NCBI RefSeq assembly: GCF_001194135.2
Contig: NC_068983.1
Coordinates: forward strand, 104,117,614 to 104,168,801
Source: Octopus bimaculoides
Lineage: Eukaryota
Direction: 5' to 3'
DNA length: 51,188 nucleotides
How positions within the stretch are numbered: the stretch's first letter is position 1; every line of letters starts with the position of its first letter. Of the stretch, positions 1 to 13,072 are shown piece by piece. Both the position numbers and the translations under genes were made by a program. Below the pieces are notes generated by a model that saw only the letters and a program-made list of their open reading frames with translations, searched no databases and was not told the origin of the DNA.

Positions 1-51
<51 letters not shown>

Positions 52-71
52 AAGTGTGTGTATATATGTTT

Positions 72-275
72 GTGTATCTGTGTTTGTCCCCCCAACATCG
101 CTTAACAACCAATGCTGGTGTGTTTACGTCCCCGTAACTTAGCGGTTCGGCAAAAGAGCCCAATAGAATAAGTACTAGGCTTCCAAAGAATAAGTCCTGG
201 GGTCGATTTGCTCTACTAAAGGCGGTGCTCCATCATGGCCGCAGTCAAATGACAAACAAGTAGAAGAGAGTAAAG
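72..275 (+). mobile_element. tRNA-derived SINE family A (octopus OK-like, name tentative), 3' half
   Basis: Matches the other copies in the window (8843-9225, 27395-27685): GTTTGTCCCCCCAACATCGC...GGCGGTGCTCCA.CATGGCCGCAGTCAAATGAC. Confidence 0.8.
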
Positions 276-931
276 TAGTGAAGTACTATCTCAGGTTGTT
301 GAAGTTTAACAGAGATGACAAAGGACTAAGATAATTAAGGATTCATTGTATTTGAGAAGTTCCATCCATCTCAGCAAAAACTGAGGTCCTAAAAGCCTTT
401 TATTTATGTCTATGCCCTTGCACCCAATCTGTACCTTCCTCACAACTAATCTGCCTGATATCCATTCCTCCTTCCCTTCTAACTATGGCACTATTTACTC
501 AGCTGCTGTAATTATATAAGAGCAAGACTGCTCATATTTCGTCCCCACTTTTGTGCTACCAGTTATTACTCTCATTGGAACCACTTCCCTTGTCACCCAC
601 CCTGCATTCTCTTACCACTTTATTTTCCACTTAACACTGCTTTCTCTTGAACACCTCATATCAACCATTGATAGCCCAGCCCACATTTGTTTATCACTCA
701 CTATATCCACCTTTGTCTCTATCACCCATCCCCCACAATTCACATCACACCTCTATTTTTCATCTGACCTCTTTTCCATTATGTGCTGCTCACTTACCAA
801 CTTCCCCACCCTAACCCGCTCCTATTTTCCTTAACCTCTCCCCACCCAAACTGAGATCCACTCTTGATCAAGTGTTCACCATTCAATGCAGTCACCTCCA
901 TCCCCGTGTCTATCCTCATTGCAGTCACCAC

Positions 932-1313
932 TTGTTGTTGTTGGCACTCCGTCACTTACGACGTCGAGGGTTCCAGTTGATCCAATCAACGGAACAGCCT
1001 GCTCGTGAAATTAGCATGCAAGTGGCTGAGCACTCCACAGACACGTGTACCCTTAACGTAGTTCTCGGGGATATTCAGCATGACACAGCGTGACACCCTT
1101 TGAATTACAGGCACAACAGAAACAGGAAGTAAGAGTGAGAGAAAGTTGTGGTGAAAGAGTACAGCAGGGTTCGCCACCATCCCCTGCAGGAGCCTCGTGG
1201 AGCTTTAGGTGTTTTCGCTCAATAAATACTCACAACGCCCGGTCTGAGAATCGAAACCACGATCCTATGGCAGCAAGTCCGCTGCCCTAACCACTGGGCC
1301 ATTGCACCTCCAC
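932..1313 (-). mobile_element. tRNA-derived SINE family C (octopus OR-like, name tentative), full length with 13-bp TSD
   Basis: Minus strand starts with tRNA-like head GGAGGTGCAATGGCCCAGTGGTTAGGGCAGCGG (A box) and GTTTCGATTC (B box), ends in (AAC)n. TGCAGTCACCACT is duplicated at 920-932 and 1314-1326. Second copy at 17153-17487. Confidence 0.85.
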
Positions 1314-2108
1314 TGCAGTCACCACTATCCCCATCTGTTCTTCCCTTTTCATACCCTCACAAAACTAATCATCCAATCACCCTTGATTCCTTGTCCCTAT
1401 TCTCTATGTATCCATCTTCTTTTATCTTGAAGGTATTCCCTGACACCTCATCACCACCATCCTTTCTCACTCCAGCTAGGGAAACCATGTATATACTCTA
1501 CAGCAAAACACTTCTTCAAGTCCCTCCATCATATTTTTGTCTCTCAACACCTGTTACAAAGCCACCTCCTTCAGTACTCTGCTCCTACTCACTCAAAGAG
1601 TCATATCTTTTGAGCTATTTGGTAACCTCAAGTGCTGGTACCATGTAAAAAAGCACCCATAACACTCTGTTAAACATTTCATATTAGAAAGGGGATCCAG
1701 CCTTAAAAAGCATGACATAGAAGACACTGGAGCTCAATGCAGTCTTCAAGCTTTTCAGATTCTTTTGAACATCAAACCCGTATCAACATGGAATGGAACA
1801 CAGATGTTAAATGATGGTGATGGTGATTATATATGTGTATGCATGCTTATGTGAGTATGTTCGAGTGTGTGTGCTTGTGTTTGTCCCCTTATCTCGATAT
1901 TGCATGATGGTTGTAAACTGGTGTCATTCTATTCCAATCTTCCATGAAAAAACATGTCTGGCCACAGAGAAACATTAAAATGTTTGGAAACAGTGAGCCA
2001 GTGACAGGAAGGGTAATCCAGCCATAGAGATAGATGAGTGAATATGTATGTAATTTCATTACTCTATTTTTGGTACTTCCTTGTTTTGCATTTACATGAT
2101 TTCTTGTG

Positions 2109-2190
<82 letters not shown>

Positions 2191-2803
2191 TATATATATA
2201 CACAAGAAAGCATGTAAATGCAAAACAAGGAAATAAAAATAGTACCTGAATACCAAAGATAGAGTAATAAAATGTTTTGCTTAAGAGGTCTCATAAGTCT
2301 GAAACATGGCTAAAGTTATCTCCCATATTAGCTGAACTGATTAAAATAATATTAGTCACTGAGGTAATGTTGACTTTTCCACAATGCATAATTACTTAAT
2401 TACATTATTACACAATGCATTACTTAATTAGATTTTTGATGTAAACATTAATTTAATTTAAGGAATGTATGTTTATTTTTATATCACTCAAAGATACTCA
2501 GAGAATACAGTATTCAATTTTTCATTGCTAACATAATAGATAATATGAGGTTAATAGTTGGATTGTCTCCTATTCTCAAAACTACTTATCATTGATATAT
2601 AGGCCCTTATACATCATAAATTTTATTACATATCCTATAAATTATATGCAAAGCAGTGGGAGTAGCAGTAATTTGCTTTCACTACTCAGATTTGTATACC
2701 ACTATGATTTTATTTCATATATTTTAAAAATAGTCTGTAAGTCATCAGTATAAATAATAGATTCTTAAATGTCTCCTTGGCTACTTATTATTGGTGGTTC
2801 TAC

Positions 2804-3262
2804 TTAACATTTTAGCATTCAAACCAGTCATATCCAACCAAAATATCCTACCTGTTTTATGTTCAAACTGGTCAGATCTGGCCTCTCACACCAATACTAC
2901 AATATCATTCTAAAAATTAACAGTTAGCTCATTAAAACCTCAAATCTACAGGATAATGCATGATTAATTCAAAATAATTGGAATAAATAAGCATTTACAT
3001 TTGACAAAATAATCTTTTCTACTCTAGGCCCAAGGCCTGAAATTTTGGGGGAGGGGGGCAGTCGATTAGATCGACCCCAGTATGCAACTGGTACTTAATT
3101 TATCGACCTTGAAAGGATGAAAGGCAAAGTCAACCTTGGCGGAATTTGAACTCAGAATGTAAAGACAGCCAAAATACTGCTAAGCATTTCGCCTAGCATG
3201 CTAATGTTTCTGCCAGCTCACTGCCTTACTTTTGACAAAATAATGTGAATTCTAAAGGGTTA
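2804..3262. mobile_element. piggyBac-type MITE interrupted by a SINE
   Basis: TTAA flanks, right end CTAAAGGG-TTAA; body shared with 33603-33819, 37417-37745 and 44138-44355. Confidence 0.65.
3014..3230 (-). mobile_element. SINE family B, full length with 14-bp TSD
   Basis: Family consensus GCAGTGAGCTGGCAG...GAGTTCAAATTCCGCC.AGGT.GACTTTGCCTTTCATCC; TTTGACAAAATAAT is duplicated at 3000-3013 and 3231-3244. Confidence 0.9.
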
Positions 3263-3949
3263 AAGTAATACAACTTTTGACTTCTCCATCAAGAAAGCAA
3301 TTACAGCTACACATTATATTTTAGTCAAAATCATTCCTAGTGATAGCAGCCTCAGCGTTCTGAAACTTTTGCTTCATTTACCAAGAAGTGTAACAGTATC
3401 ACACTGTTTCCATATATTTTGAAGTAGGTGAAGAATTATCTCATGTTATTACTGAAGTAATCCACACCACTAAAACCATTTCAATCTTAAGCCATATTCA
3501 GCTTCAAAGATCTACGCCACAATTCAAATATTTCATTTGAAAGATAGATTTTGGTGTATAAACAAGCCACATACTGTTCTTTTAAGCTTTTTGCCATTAC
3601 CCACTCAAGGACCTACACCATTTAATGTCTTTCAAATTTTCTATTCTTCTTTTAAATAGAAGTGTTGAGCTGCTAATCATTAGGATAAGACCTGTTTGGA
3701 TGGTTTGATTTGTTGTATATTATTTTGCATATTTCTAGATAATTTCTGAAGTAAAATCAAAAATTAATTTCTCAAATTCCATGATAAGCATTAAAAAATA
3801 GTCATGGTTGGAACTTAATGCAGTGTGAAGATATGGGTGGAATAAAGGTCGAATTTTAGTCGAAACTAAACACAGAACAAAACCTGTTTTGTTTCTCTCT
3901 TGCTAACCTGAAATTTCACACAAAAATAAGTTCATAGCTTATCATAGGA

Positions 3950-4170
3950 GAATAATTAAATATTTATAAGATTTGAAATTAATATGTTCAACTTCAATAT
4001 TAAGCATTAATAGTTTTTGTATTTTGATGATAACACAAAAACAAACAAAAATACTTTTTAAACTTTAGTTGTAATAAGTAATTTTCTTATGTGAATTTAT
4101 CAGCCATTCTATATTTTCTTTCATACTATGTAATAAACTGGTGGCATATTTGTAATTGTTGAACAGTTTT
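3950..4170 (-). mobile_element. Decayed Penelope-like ORF N-terminal fragment (copy 1)
   Basis: Clearly homologous to 20420-20650; minus-strand peptide KENIEWLINSHKKIT...IEVEHINFKSYKY. Confidence 0.4.
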
Positions 4171-4184
4171 ACATTTTTCACTGT

Positions 4185-4216
<32 letters not shown>

Positions 4217-5294
4217 CATACATACATGTGTGTGTATACACACTCATACACATATACATATGCATACACACACACACGCACACACACACACATAATTTAT
4301 TTGTTAATAGAACATTAACCTTTTAAAGAAACCTTGGGCTGAATACAATTTGAAACCTTGAATAGACAAAATCATTAATTGCCTATTTTCATGTTAAATA
4401 TTCATTATGATCAATAATATGCAATCTATATATATGAAATCCAAGCCCTGGGGAACATTTAACAAAATGAATCTAGTGTACGCCCTTGTATTGCAGTGTC
4501 ATTAAAAGAGGGTATTTTTTAATAATTTTATACTAATTGAAGAATGATATTGATCATGAACTTGGAAGAAAAGGTTACAGTATCAAGAGGATCCACTTAA
4601 TAATCTCTCCCATTGACAAAGGGCCAAAAATTTGAGGAGAAGAGGTGTAGTTCTTTGAATAAATACTAGTCCCTTCTCAGTACTTCTTTTAATAGCCTCT
4701 GAGAAATGAACGGCAAAATCAATCCCAGCAAAACTCAAACTCACAAGATGAAACTAAATATTTTGTTAGGCATTTAAAATGGCACTCTATTACTTCTGCC
4801 TTTATCTGGCCATGTAACCACTTCAGATATTAGTTGCACTAACATGTGATCAGCCAACTATTTAGCAACAGTTCTACACTGGGATAGACAATGAATTTTT
4901 AAGGAAGAGTTTGGGAGACAAAAACTGAACACTGAGTGTCATAAGAGTTAATAAGGCATAGGTTCATTATCACAGACCACAGCAATACTGAGGCCTGAAA
5001 GGAAACATTAATCCAAAATATGAGAGGTGAATGAGGCCCATAGTTGAAGACTTTGCCAGAAAATTTGTGTGTCAGATACACTCAGTGTTGGTGATGTCAA
5101 GAATAACAATAATATTTTCACCAGATTTGAAAACAGATCTGGCTTAGCAAAAGCCATACTGACAGTCATTAAAGGAAGTTTCAATGTGATAGAAAACATT
5201 ATCAATGCTAGAAGTGTGAAAGGATGATAGGTGATACAGTCATATGGGAGGACCTCTTAGAAGCAGGCTACACTATAGCAGGTTTCCAAACATT

Positions 5295-5494
5295 AAAGAG
5301 AGAGAGAGAGAGAAGAAAGAGAGAGAGAGAAGAAAGAGAGAGAAAGAAGAAAGAGAGAGAGAGAGAAGAAAGAGAGAGAGAGAAGAAAGAGAGAGAGAGA
5401 AGAAAGAGAGGGAGAGAAGAAAGAGAGAGAGAGAAGAAAGAGAGAGAGAGAAGAAAGAGAGAGAGAAGAAAGAGAGAGAGAAGAAAGAGAGAGA
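5295..5494 (+). repeat. Pure polypurine tract built from (GA)n-AGAA units
   Basis: About 200 bp containing only A and G; repeating AGAAGAAAGAGAGAGAG. Confidence 0.95.
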
Positions 5495-7506
5495 TTGAAG
5501 TACTGGCAAGGTTAGGGACTAGCCATGAGGTACGGGGGGGGGGGTAATTGGAGGAATGTTATGGGGACTGGTTGCCTTGTCAGTTTAAAGTGACCAGAGA
5601 TGCTTTCTCACTTGGCATGTATGTGTGCATGGTAGTGAGTCTCATGGAATGGAAAGGAATAGTTAAAGAGGAGATTTAGCTTGTGTGTACAGCGGGGAAT
5701 TAAATGCAAATTTAGAAGCTTTTCCATGGGATTTCTGCTAATTGAACCATAATGAAGTAGGAAGTGTTCATGTACAAATCATCATCATCAATATTTTTAC
5801 ATTCTCACTTTACATTCTGAGTTCAAATTCTTTCAAGTTTGACTTTGCCTTTCATCCTTTCAGGGTCGATAAAATGAATACCATGAAATTTCAAAGGAAG
5901 GTTTTAATTTAGGACACTTTAGAACAAGAAGTTTGAATCATAGAACCAGGGTCAGTCTTGGGTTGGTTAATATCAAAAGGGTCAATCTGTCATCCTATTC
6001 AACACCACCACATGTCCCTTAAGTGTCCTTAGCAAAGTTCAATCTGCTGCAAGCTCTGGGACCAAACTTCCAATCTGAGAAAAATTCAACATTTTGATAT
6101 TTTGTGTCTTATTGCAGCAACCTTTGAATAGTGGCTTCTACATATCTCTCTCCTTTTCTGCTCTCAGACATCTAAAAAAAAGGTCTTAGGCATTACTTTT
6201 ACTCCTCTAATTAAGTCAAAAAATGTGTCCAAGAAAGACTTGACCCGAAATCTCAGAATAAATTAACATATTTAATTTGTGGCTCTTCTTGTACTGGTTC
6301 TTGCCAGCATAGCCCACTGCAAGTCATATTAAATAACAGGGATTATATCAATATTGCTGGTAATAAGTTCATAGAAATACATAGAATTGTTGTTTTTAGC
6401 TCCAAACCTGATTCAACAAACCTATGATCAAACACATTCAAGATATAATATTTCTTTCATTTTGTTTTTTCAGATACAATGTAACAAAAACTGCATTATC
6501 CTGAACCAATGAAAAAGCCTTTATGTGTTTGCACAAACTATTAGCAATAGGAACCAAATGTCCTTCATATAACATCCTTTTTTTGTATTAAGCATTCTGT
6601 GCCATATGAATCATTGGTTCATCCATGCCCATAATGTTCTATGAACAGATTTTGTTGCGTGCTGGATGAGAAAAGGTTGATAGTCTCTAGCTCAACACTC
6701 CTATACTTCTTGGAGGAAAGGTGGAACTGTGAATGGCTTTTCCTGACCCTCTAAGAGCACAAAGGAGAGAGAGACAGAGACAGACAGACAGACAGAAATG
6801 AGAAAGAGAGAGAAAAGCAAGAGAGAGGGAGAAGAGCAACAGAGAGGGAAAGGAACAAAAGAGAAAGAGAGAGAGCAAAGAATCAACACCAGAAATTGGT
6901 TTTAAATCTGTGTAGTCTGATGAAAGGTGAAACTTGGTGGTAAGAACATTTTAAGACATGAAATATATGCTGATTGTAGACCGTGATCTGTTATGGCTCT
7001 CATCATTGCAGCTGTTTCAACAGAGTCAAACACTTTTAAGTTATTCACAAAGTTATGCAGAGTTAGTTGTTATACTGTGGGAAATTCTCAATTAGTTGGT
7101 TCGTGGTATAGGTGGTTAATGACGGGAAAATCACTTTGAAATCTAGCTTGTTCATACGGTTGGATTTCATTCATGTTTGTTATAATAGTACAAACTTTCT
7201 ATACAACAATGCATGTATTTTAGAAAGAGATACTCATGAATATTTTAAGTCTTAATGTTAATTTGTTGATTCGCACAATTATGTAGAGAGACCATTGATA
7301 AGTGAATGGTAGATAACTGGTAAGATGTTCTAACATTTTCCACAATATCTTATCACAACCAAAATTCTTATGGTATTTGGTTATGTCTATTTATATTTTG
7401 AATTTTACTTCCAACCAGGTCTACTTTATCTTTCAGGCTTCTAATGTAACTCTGGAGTCAATGTAACTGATTTTATCCAAGAATATGGCAGGTACATACA
7501 TACATG

Positions 7507-7543
<37 letters not shown>

Positions 7544-7831
7544 NNNNNNNNNNNNNNNNNNNNNNNNNNNNNNNNNNNNNNNNNNNNNNNNNNNNNNNNN
7601 NNNNNNNNNNNNNNNNNNNNNNNNNNNNNNNNNNNNNNNNNNNNNNNNNNNNNNNNNNNNNNNNNNNNNNNNNNNNNNNNNNNNNNNNNNNNNNNNNNNN
7701 NNNNNNNNNNNNNNNNNNNNNNNNNNNNNNNNNNNNNNNNNNNNNNNNNNNNNNNNNNNNNNNNNNNNNNNNNNNNNNNNNNNNNNNNNNNNNNNNNNNN
7801 NNNNNNNNNNNNNNNNNNNNNNNNNNNNNNN
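7544..7831. other. Assembly gap (others at about 10209-11103, 14664-15404, 16848-17152, 32850-33056, 41083-41264, 42819-43015, 49870-49995)
   Basis: Runs of N, mostly flanked by microsatellites. Confidence 1.
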
Positions 7832-7878
7832 NCAGTATGTTGGAGAAGCAGGTTACTGTCAATCCCTATATATTTATG

Positions 7879-7917
<39 letters not shown>

Positions 7918-8315
7918 CATGAGAGAGAGACGGTGATACACACACGTTCACCCATACACATATGCACACACACACATATACACATTCCCACTCCGCCTAC
8001 ACACACATGCCAACACATACACACACACAAACCACAACCATCCATTCACACATAACCCACCTATTCACACACCCATCAGACTGTCTTTCACTCAGTATTG
8101 ACCCTTCCATCTTCGCACACATGCAAACACACACACTCTGCCATACCCATCCATTCACAACCTGTCACTATAGCCACTAACCTCTCAGAGTGACATAAAC
8201 ACACACACACACACACACACACACTAACTACTCACACAAACACATACACATGGTTATTACGAACACACACAGTTAATATCACACACACACACGCACACTC
8301 AGTTAGGACTACATG

Positions 8316-8353
<38 letters not shown>

Positions 8354-8540
8354 GTTACTGCCACACACACACATGCTACCACACACACATGCACACACAC
8401 ATACTGAGCATTTTCACACTCTCCTGTCCTAGAAAGAACTTTCTCTTCATTCCTTCTACTTCCAGTCGCTTCAGAAATGTAACCTCACATGGACCGTTGG
8501 CAATTTTTTGACTCCTTCCTTCTTTCCCTTTGAACTGTCC

Positions 8541-8577
8541 TGTTTCCGAAGAAGAGCTATGTTCGAAATGTAAAAAC
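8541..8577 (+). ncRNA. Degenerate minimal hammerhead-like motif in a probable PLE terminal repeat
   Basis: CCGAAGA-A-GAGC(TAT)GTTC-GAAAT-GTA resembles CUGANGA...GAAAC-GUH with a 4-bp stem II and two core mismatches. Confidence 0.35.
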
Positions 8578-8725
8578 AACCACTCTCTTCTCTCTCTGAG
8601 CATCATACTAATACATTTTTTGTACTTCATCCCCACATTTGTTTTTTCTTTTTCTGTTTTTCTTAATTGACTGAATATATGTATATATACATACACATAT
8701 ACATATATATACATACATGTTTATT

Positions 8726-8758
<33 letters not shown>

Positions 8759-8799
8759 ATACATACATACATACATACATACATACATACACACACATG

Positions 8800-8830
<31 letters not shown>

Positions 8831-8842
8831 TCACACATATAT

Positions 8843-9225
8843 ACTCTTTTACTCTTTTATTTGTTTCAGTCATTTGACTGTGGCCATGCTGGAGCACCAC
8901 CTTTAGTCAAGCAAATTAACCCCAGGACTTATTCTTTATAAGCCTAGTACTTATTCTATTGGTCTCTTTTGCCGAACCGCTAAGTTGCGGGGACATAAAC
9001 ACACCAGCATCAGTTGTCAAGCAATGTTGGGGGGACAAACACAGACACACAAACATATGCTCACACATACATATATATAAACATATATACGACAGGCTTC
9101 TTTCAGTTTCTGTCTACCAAATCCACTCACTAGACTTTGGTCGGCCCAAGGCTATAGTAGAAGACACTTGCCCAAGGTGGTGCCACACAGTGGGACTGAA
9201 CCCAGAACCATCTGGCTGGTAAGCA
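8843..9225 (-). mobile_element. SINE family A, near full length
   Basis: tRNA-like head GGTTCTGGGTTCAGTCCCACTG, internal (TA/TG)n microsatellite, family 3' end. Confidence 0.85.
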
Positions 9226-9244
9226 TATTAGTTATGCTTACTAA

Positions 9245-10070
9245 AAAATAACTTATTTACCTAAGTTTTAACATCATCTCCTTTGAAATACTCACCTTGA
9301 GCAGCAATACACCAGTCCCAGCATTCCTACCACTTTTGGAATCTGACCTAGAAGCCGTTTTCTATAAGCGAGTTGAGGACCTTCTGCGATTTGCTCTTGA
9401 TTTTGGCAATGGTGGCAAAACGGTGGCTTTGAGCTCCATTTTCCTGTAGGGGAAGAAATGGAAGTCCACAGGTACTAAATCTGGCAAATAGAGTGGGTGC
9501 AGAAGTGATACCATATTGTTTTTGGCAAGAAACTCATGAGTGAGGTGAGTTCAGTGAAGAATCCAGTTCTTCATGCACCACAGATCCAATCACTTTCATC
9601 AAAAGTCCTCCTTCAAATGCTTCAAAATGTTGCAGTAGAACTCTTGATTGACAGTTTGGCCCTGGGAGATGAATTTGAATTCTCAATACACAATACCACA
9701 TTTCTGGGGGTGACTCATGGAAGATCTTTCAGATTGCTCATCGCCTTCCAGGGACGTTCTTCCACTTTTGAAGCTATTGTATCACTCAAAACATTGCATA
9801 CAACCCATTGCCTCATTGCCATAATCTTGCTGAAGCATGCTCAATGTCTCTGTAGCAGACTTGCCAAGTTTTACTCAAAATTTCATGTTGCCTCTTTGTT
9901 CCTGTTTGTGACAAAATCACAGACTACAACATACATGTGATCACAAAAACACAAATTTCACAACCTTTGAAGAAAACAGCAATATCACTCAACACACTGC
10001 TACATAAAGATCACTGCTAGGTCTCACTGTGCACACAACCATGTGCTGCCATCTGTTGGCACACTACAGA
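9245..10070 (-). mobile_element. Mariner transposase remnant, internally deleted and disrupted
   Basis: Minus-strand fragments VKLGKSATETLSMLQQDYG (HTH), HPLYLPDLVPVDFHFF (SPDLAPSD-like) and WDWCIAAQGEYF (C-terminus). Confidence 0.8.
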
Positions 10071-11103
10071 GAGTGATAGAGAAAGGAGAGAGAGAAAGAG
10101 AGACAGGTAGACAGACAGAGTGACAGAGACAGGCAGAGACAGTGACAGACAGGCAGACAGGTAGACAGACAGACAGACAGACAGGCAGACAGGCAGACAG
10201 GCAGACAGNNNNNNNNNNNNNNNNNNNNNNNNNNNNNNNNNNNNNNNNNNNNNNNNNNNNNNNNNNNNNNNNNNNNNNNNNNNNNNNNNNNNNNNNNNNN
10301 NNNNNNNNNNNNNNNNNNNNNNNNNNNNNNNNNNNNNNNNNNNNNNNNNNNNNNNNNNNNNNNNNNNNNNNNNNNNNNNNNNNNNNNNNNNNNNNNNNNN
10401 NNNNNNNNNNNNNNNNNNNNNNNNNNNNNNNNNNNNNNNNNNNNNNNNNNNNNNNNNNNNNNNNNNNNNNNNNNNNNNNNNNNNNNNNNNNNNNNNNNNN
10501 NNNNNNNNNNNNNNNNNNNNNNNNNNNNNNNNNNNNNNNNNNNNNNNNNNNNNNNNNNNNNNNNNNNNNNNNNNNNNNNNNNNNNNNNNNNNNNNNNNNN
10601 NNNNNNNNNNNNNNNNNNNNNNNNNNNNNNNNNNNNNNNNNNNNNNNNNNNNNNNNNNNNNNNNNNNNNNNNNNNNNNNNNNNNNNNNNNNNNNNNNNNN
10701 NNNNNNNNNNNNNNNNNNNNNNNNNNNNNNNNNNNNNNNNNNNNNNNNNNNNNNNNNNNNNNNNNNNNNNNNNNNNNNNNNNNNNNNNNNNNNNNNNNNN
10801 NNNNNNNNNNNNNNNNNNNNNNNNNNNNNNNNNNNNNNNNNNNNNNNNNNNNNNNNNNNNNNNNNNNNNNNNNNNNNNNNNNNNNNNNNNNNNNNNNNNN
10901 NNNNNNNNNNNNNNNNNNNNNNNNNNNNNNNNNNNNNNNNNNNNNNNNNNNNNNNNNNNNNNNNNNNNNNNNNNNNNNNNNNNNNNNNNNNNNNNNNNNN
11001 NNNNNNNNNNNNNNNNNNNNNNNNNNNNNNNNNNNNNNNNNNNNNNNNNNNNNNNNNNNNNNNNNNNNNNNNNNNNNNNNNNNNNNNNNNNNNNNNNNNN
11101 NNN

Positions 11104-11375
11104 NGCTAGGTTACGGGGACGTAAACACACCAGCATCGGTTGTCAAGTGCTGGGGGAACAAACACAGACACAAACATATACACACATATACATACATATA
11201 TATACATATATACGACGGGCTTCTTTCAGTTTCTGTCTACCAAATCCACTCACAAGGCTTTGGTCGGCCCGAGGCTATAGTAGAAGACACTTGCCCAAGG
11301 TGCCACACAGTGGGAATGAACCCAGAACCATGTGGTTGGTAAGCAAGCTACTTACTACACAGCCACTCCTACGCC
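11104..11375 (-). mobile_element. SINE family A, 5' two-thirds (3' end in gap)
   Basis: Head GGCGTAGGAGTGGCTGTGT.GTAAG.AGCTTGCTTACCAACCACATGG; near-identical to 8843-9225. Confidence 0.85.
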
Positions 11376-12157
11376 ACTGCAATCAAATCATTTCAAGACT
11401 ATGTATACCAAAGTATATGTTAACATTCAAACCATTTCAATATACATTATTAAACATTCTACAACACATAATTGCAAAAATACATAATTTAATATTACAA
11501 AGTACATAATTACAAACAGGTTTCACTTCTTATAGCTGATATTCATTACATTGTACATGTGTAATAGTTAGCTACAACCCTTCATATAATATATAGTGTA
11601 TCTATTTAATGTAGCTTCATTATAGATTCACAAGGTAACAAGGGGGGGGGTAATACTATGTATGGTGGTAGATCCAAATAAAAGTTTTCGATCAATTCTT
11701 TGTTGTTCTGTCAATTTGGTTGTTGAGCTCTTGTACTATCTATATGCTCACTAAGTCAAATTTTTCTTGTGATGAAGGTGATGATAATAATGACAACAAT
11801 GATGACAGTGATGATGACAAGAGTGGAAGTGATGGTGGTGGTGATGATGATGATGATGATAACAATGATGATCTTCAAAGGGCTTATATTATAAGGAAGC
11901 ACAAATCATAAAAGCATGCATATAAACTTTCACAGGTGTGTGATAGCAAGAAAAATGTAGTTTATAAGATGTGAAAAACATAACCAAAATTATGTGTATG
12001 TGTACATGTATGTACAAGTCTGTACATGTCTGCAGATGTGAATTGTGCATCAAGTTTTCATGGTAATTAGTCAAGCAATTAGATACTATTGGTTTCATGA
12101 TTGTAGATTAGGCCATTATTATAGAAATATATACATACACTTTTGCACACGCACACA

Positions 12158-12206
<49 letters not shown>

Positions 12207-12331
12207 TTACATGTATGTATATATCTAGCTGCAGAAAATCTACCTCAATAAAAAGAAGAAATTCCATCCAACCCATGCAAACATGGAAAAGCAGACATTG
12301 GAACGATAATGATGATGATGATGATGATCAC

Positions 12332-12555
12332 AGATCTAAGATGCTGACTTCTTCTTGTTTCCATGGCAGTATGTTTCCGCAGAACACTAGAAATGAATGA
12401 CATTCCAAATTTCTGGAAGAGTGAATTGTGTCATAGTGCTGTTTTTCTCACAGATAGTGCTCAACTGACCCTACTTTTCTGCGTTGTCAACATAATCAAA
12501 AACAATGTGTGAAATTAAAAATATAAAATGGCAACAATTTACCCATTGCATCCTG
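12332..12555 (-). mobile_element. 5' end fragment of a DD37D (maT-like) Tc1/mariner element
   Basis: Homologous to 40860-41010, including the terminal repeat CAGGATGCAATGGGTAAATTG next to TA. Confidence 0.7.
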
Positions 12556-12692
12556 TATATATATGTGTGTGTGACAGTTTGACCAGAGCCGGGAAGCTGG
12601 GAAGCTGCACCAAGTTCCAATCTGATTTGGCTTGGTTTATATGGCTAGATGCCCTTCCTTACACCCTATATATATATGTATATTCACACACA

Positions 12693-13049
12693 TACTAGCT
12701 TAAAAGCTGCCTTTTAAGCTAGTATATAGCTTTTAAGTAACTGACCCCAAATGGGAAGATCTGCAAACATATCTCTGACTTGTTTTGGAGAATTTGTTGT
12801 AATTGCTTCCTCCTGAGTCATATCACAATGATGATCATATTCGTCGCAAAAAATCATGTAAAAAAAATTGCCGTAATGAAAACATAGGAATCCAAAATTT
12901 CAGGATTGCAGGTTCACATTCGGCCCAGAATGTTTTAAATTTACTCACCAAGTCAGCCTAACTCCAAAATGGTATGATATGTTGGGCTACGGCCTCTAGG
13001 AGTAAAGTTGAAAAAGTGTGACACACTGACATTCACATTTATTATATCA
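12693..13049 (+). mobile_element. Putative Helentron-associated (HINE/DINE-like) non-autonomous element
   Basis: Begins with perfect 14-bp hairpin TACTAGCTTAAAAG-ctgc-CTTTTAAGCTAGTA; ends CACACTGACATTCACATTTATTATAT; a similar end recurs at about 13770-13818. Confidence 0.45.
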
Positions 13050-13072
13050 TATTATATTATTATATTATATTA

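Noticed and set aside
932-1313. tRNA-like heads as real tRNA genes (also the other SINE heads)
   Set aside because: They continue into SINE bodies with tails and TSDs; cloverleaf incomplete.
4890-5290. Coding-like sequence possibly from a LINE
   Set aside because: Multiple stops in all frames and no motif I could assign.
5224-5547. R/E/K-rich ORFs resembling charged coiled-coil proteins
   Set aside because: Produced by the GA-rich tract; all three frames are open for compositional reasons.
6914-6945. CTGATGA-AAGGT-GAAAC as a hammerhead
   Set aside because: No stem II, and no UH cleavage triplet with a matching stem I.
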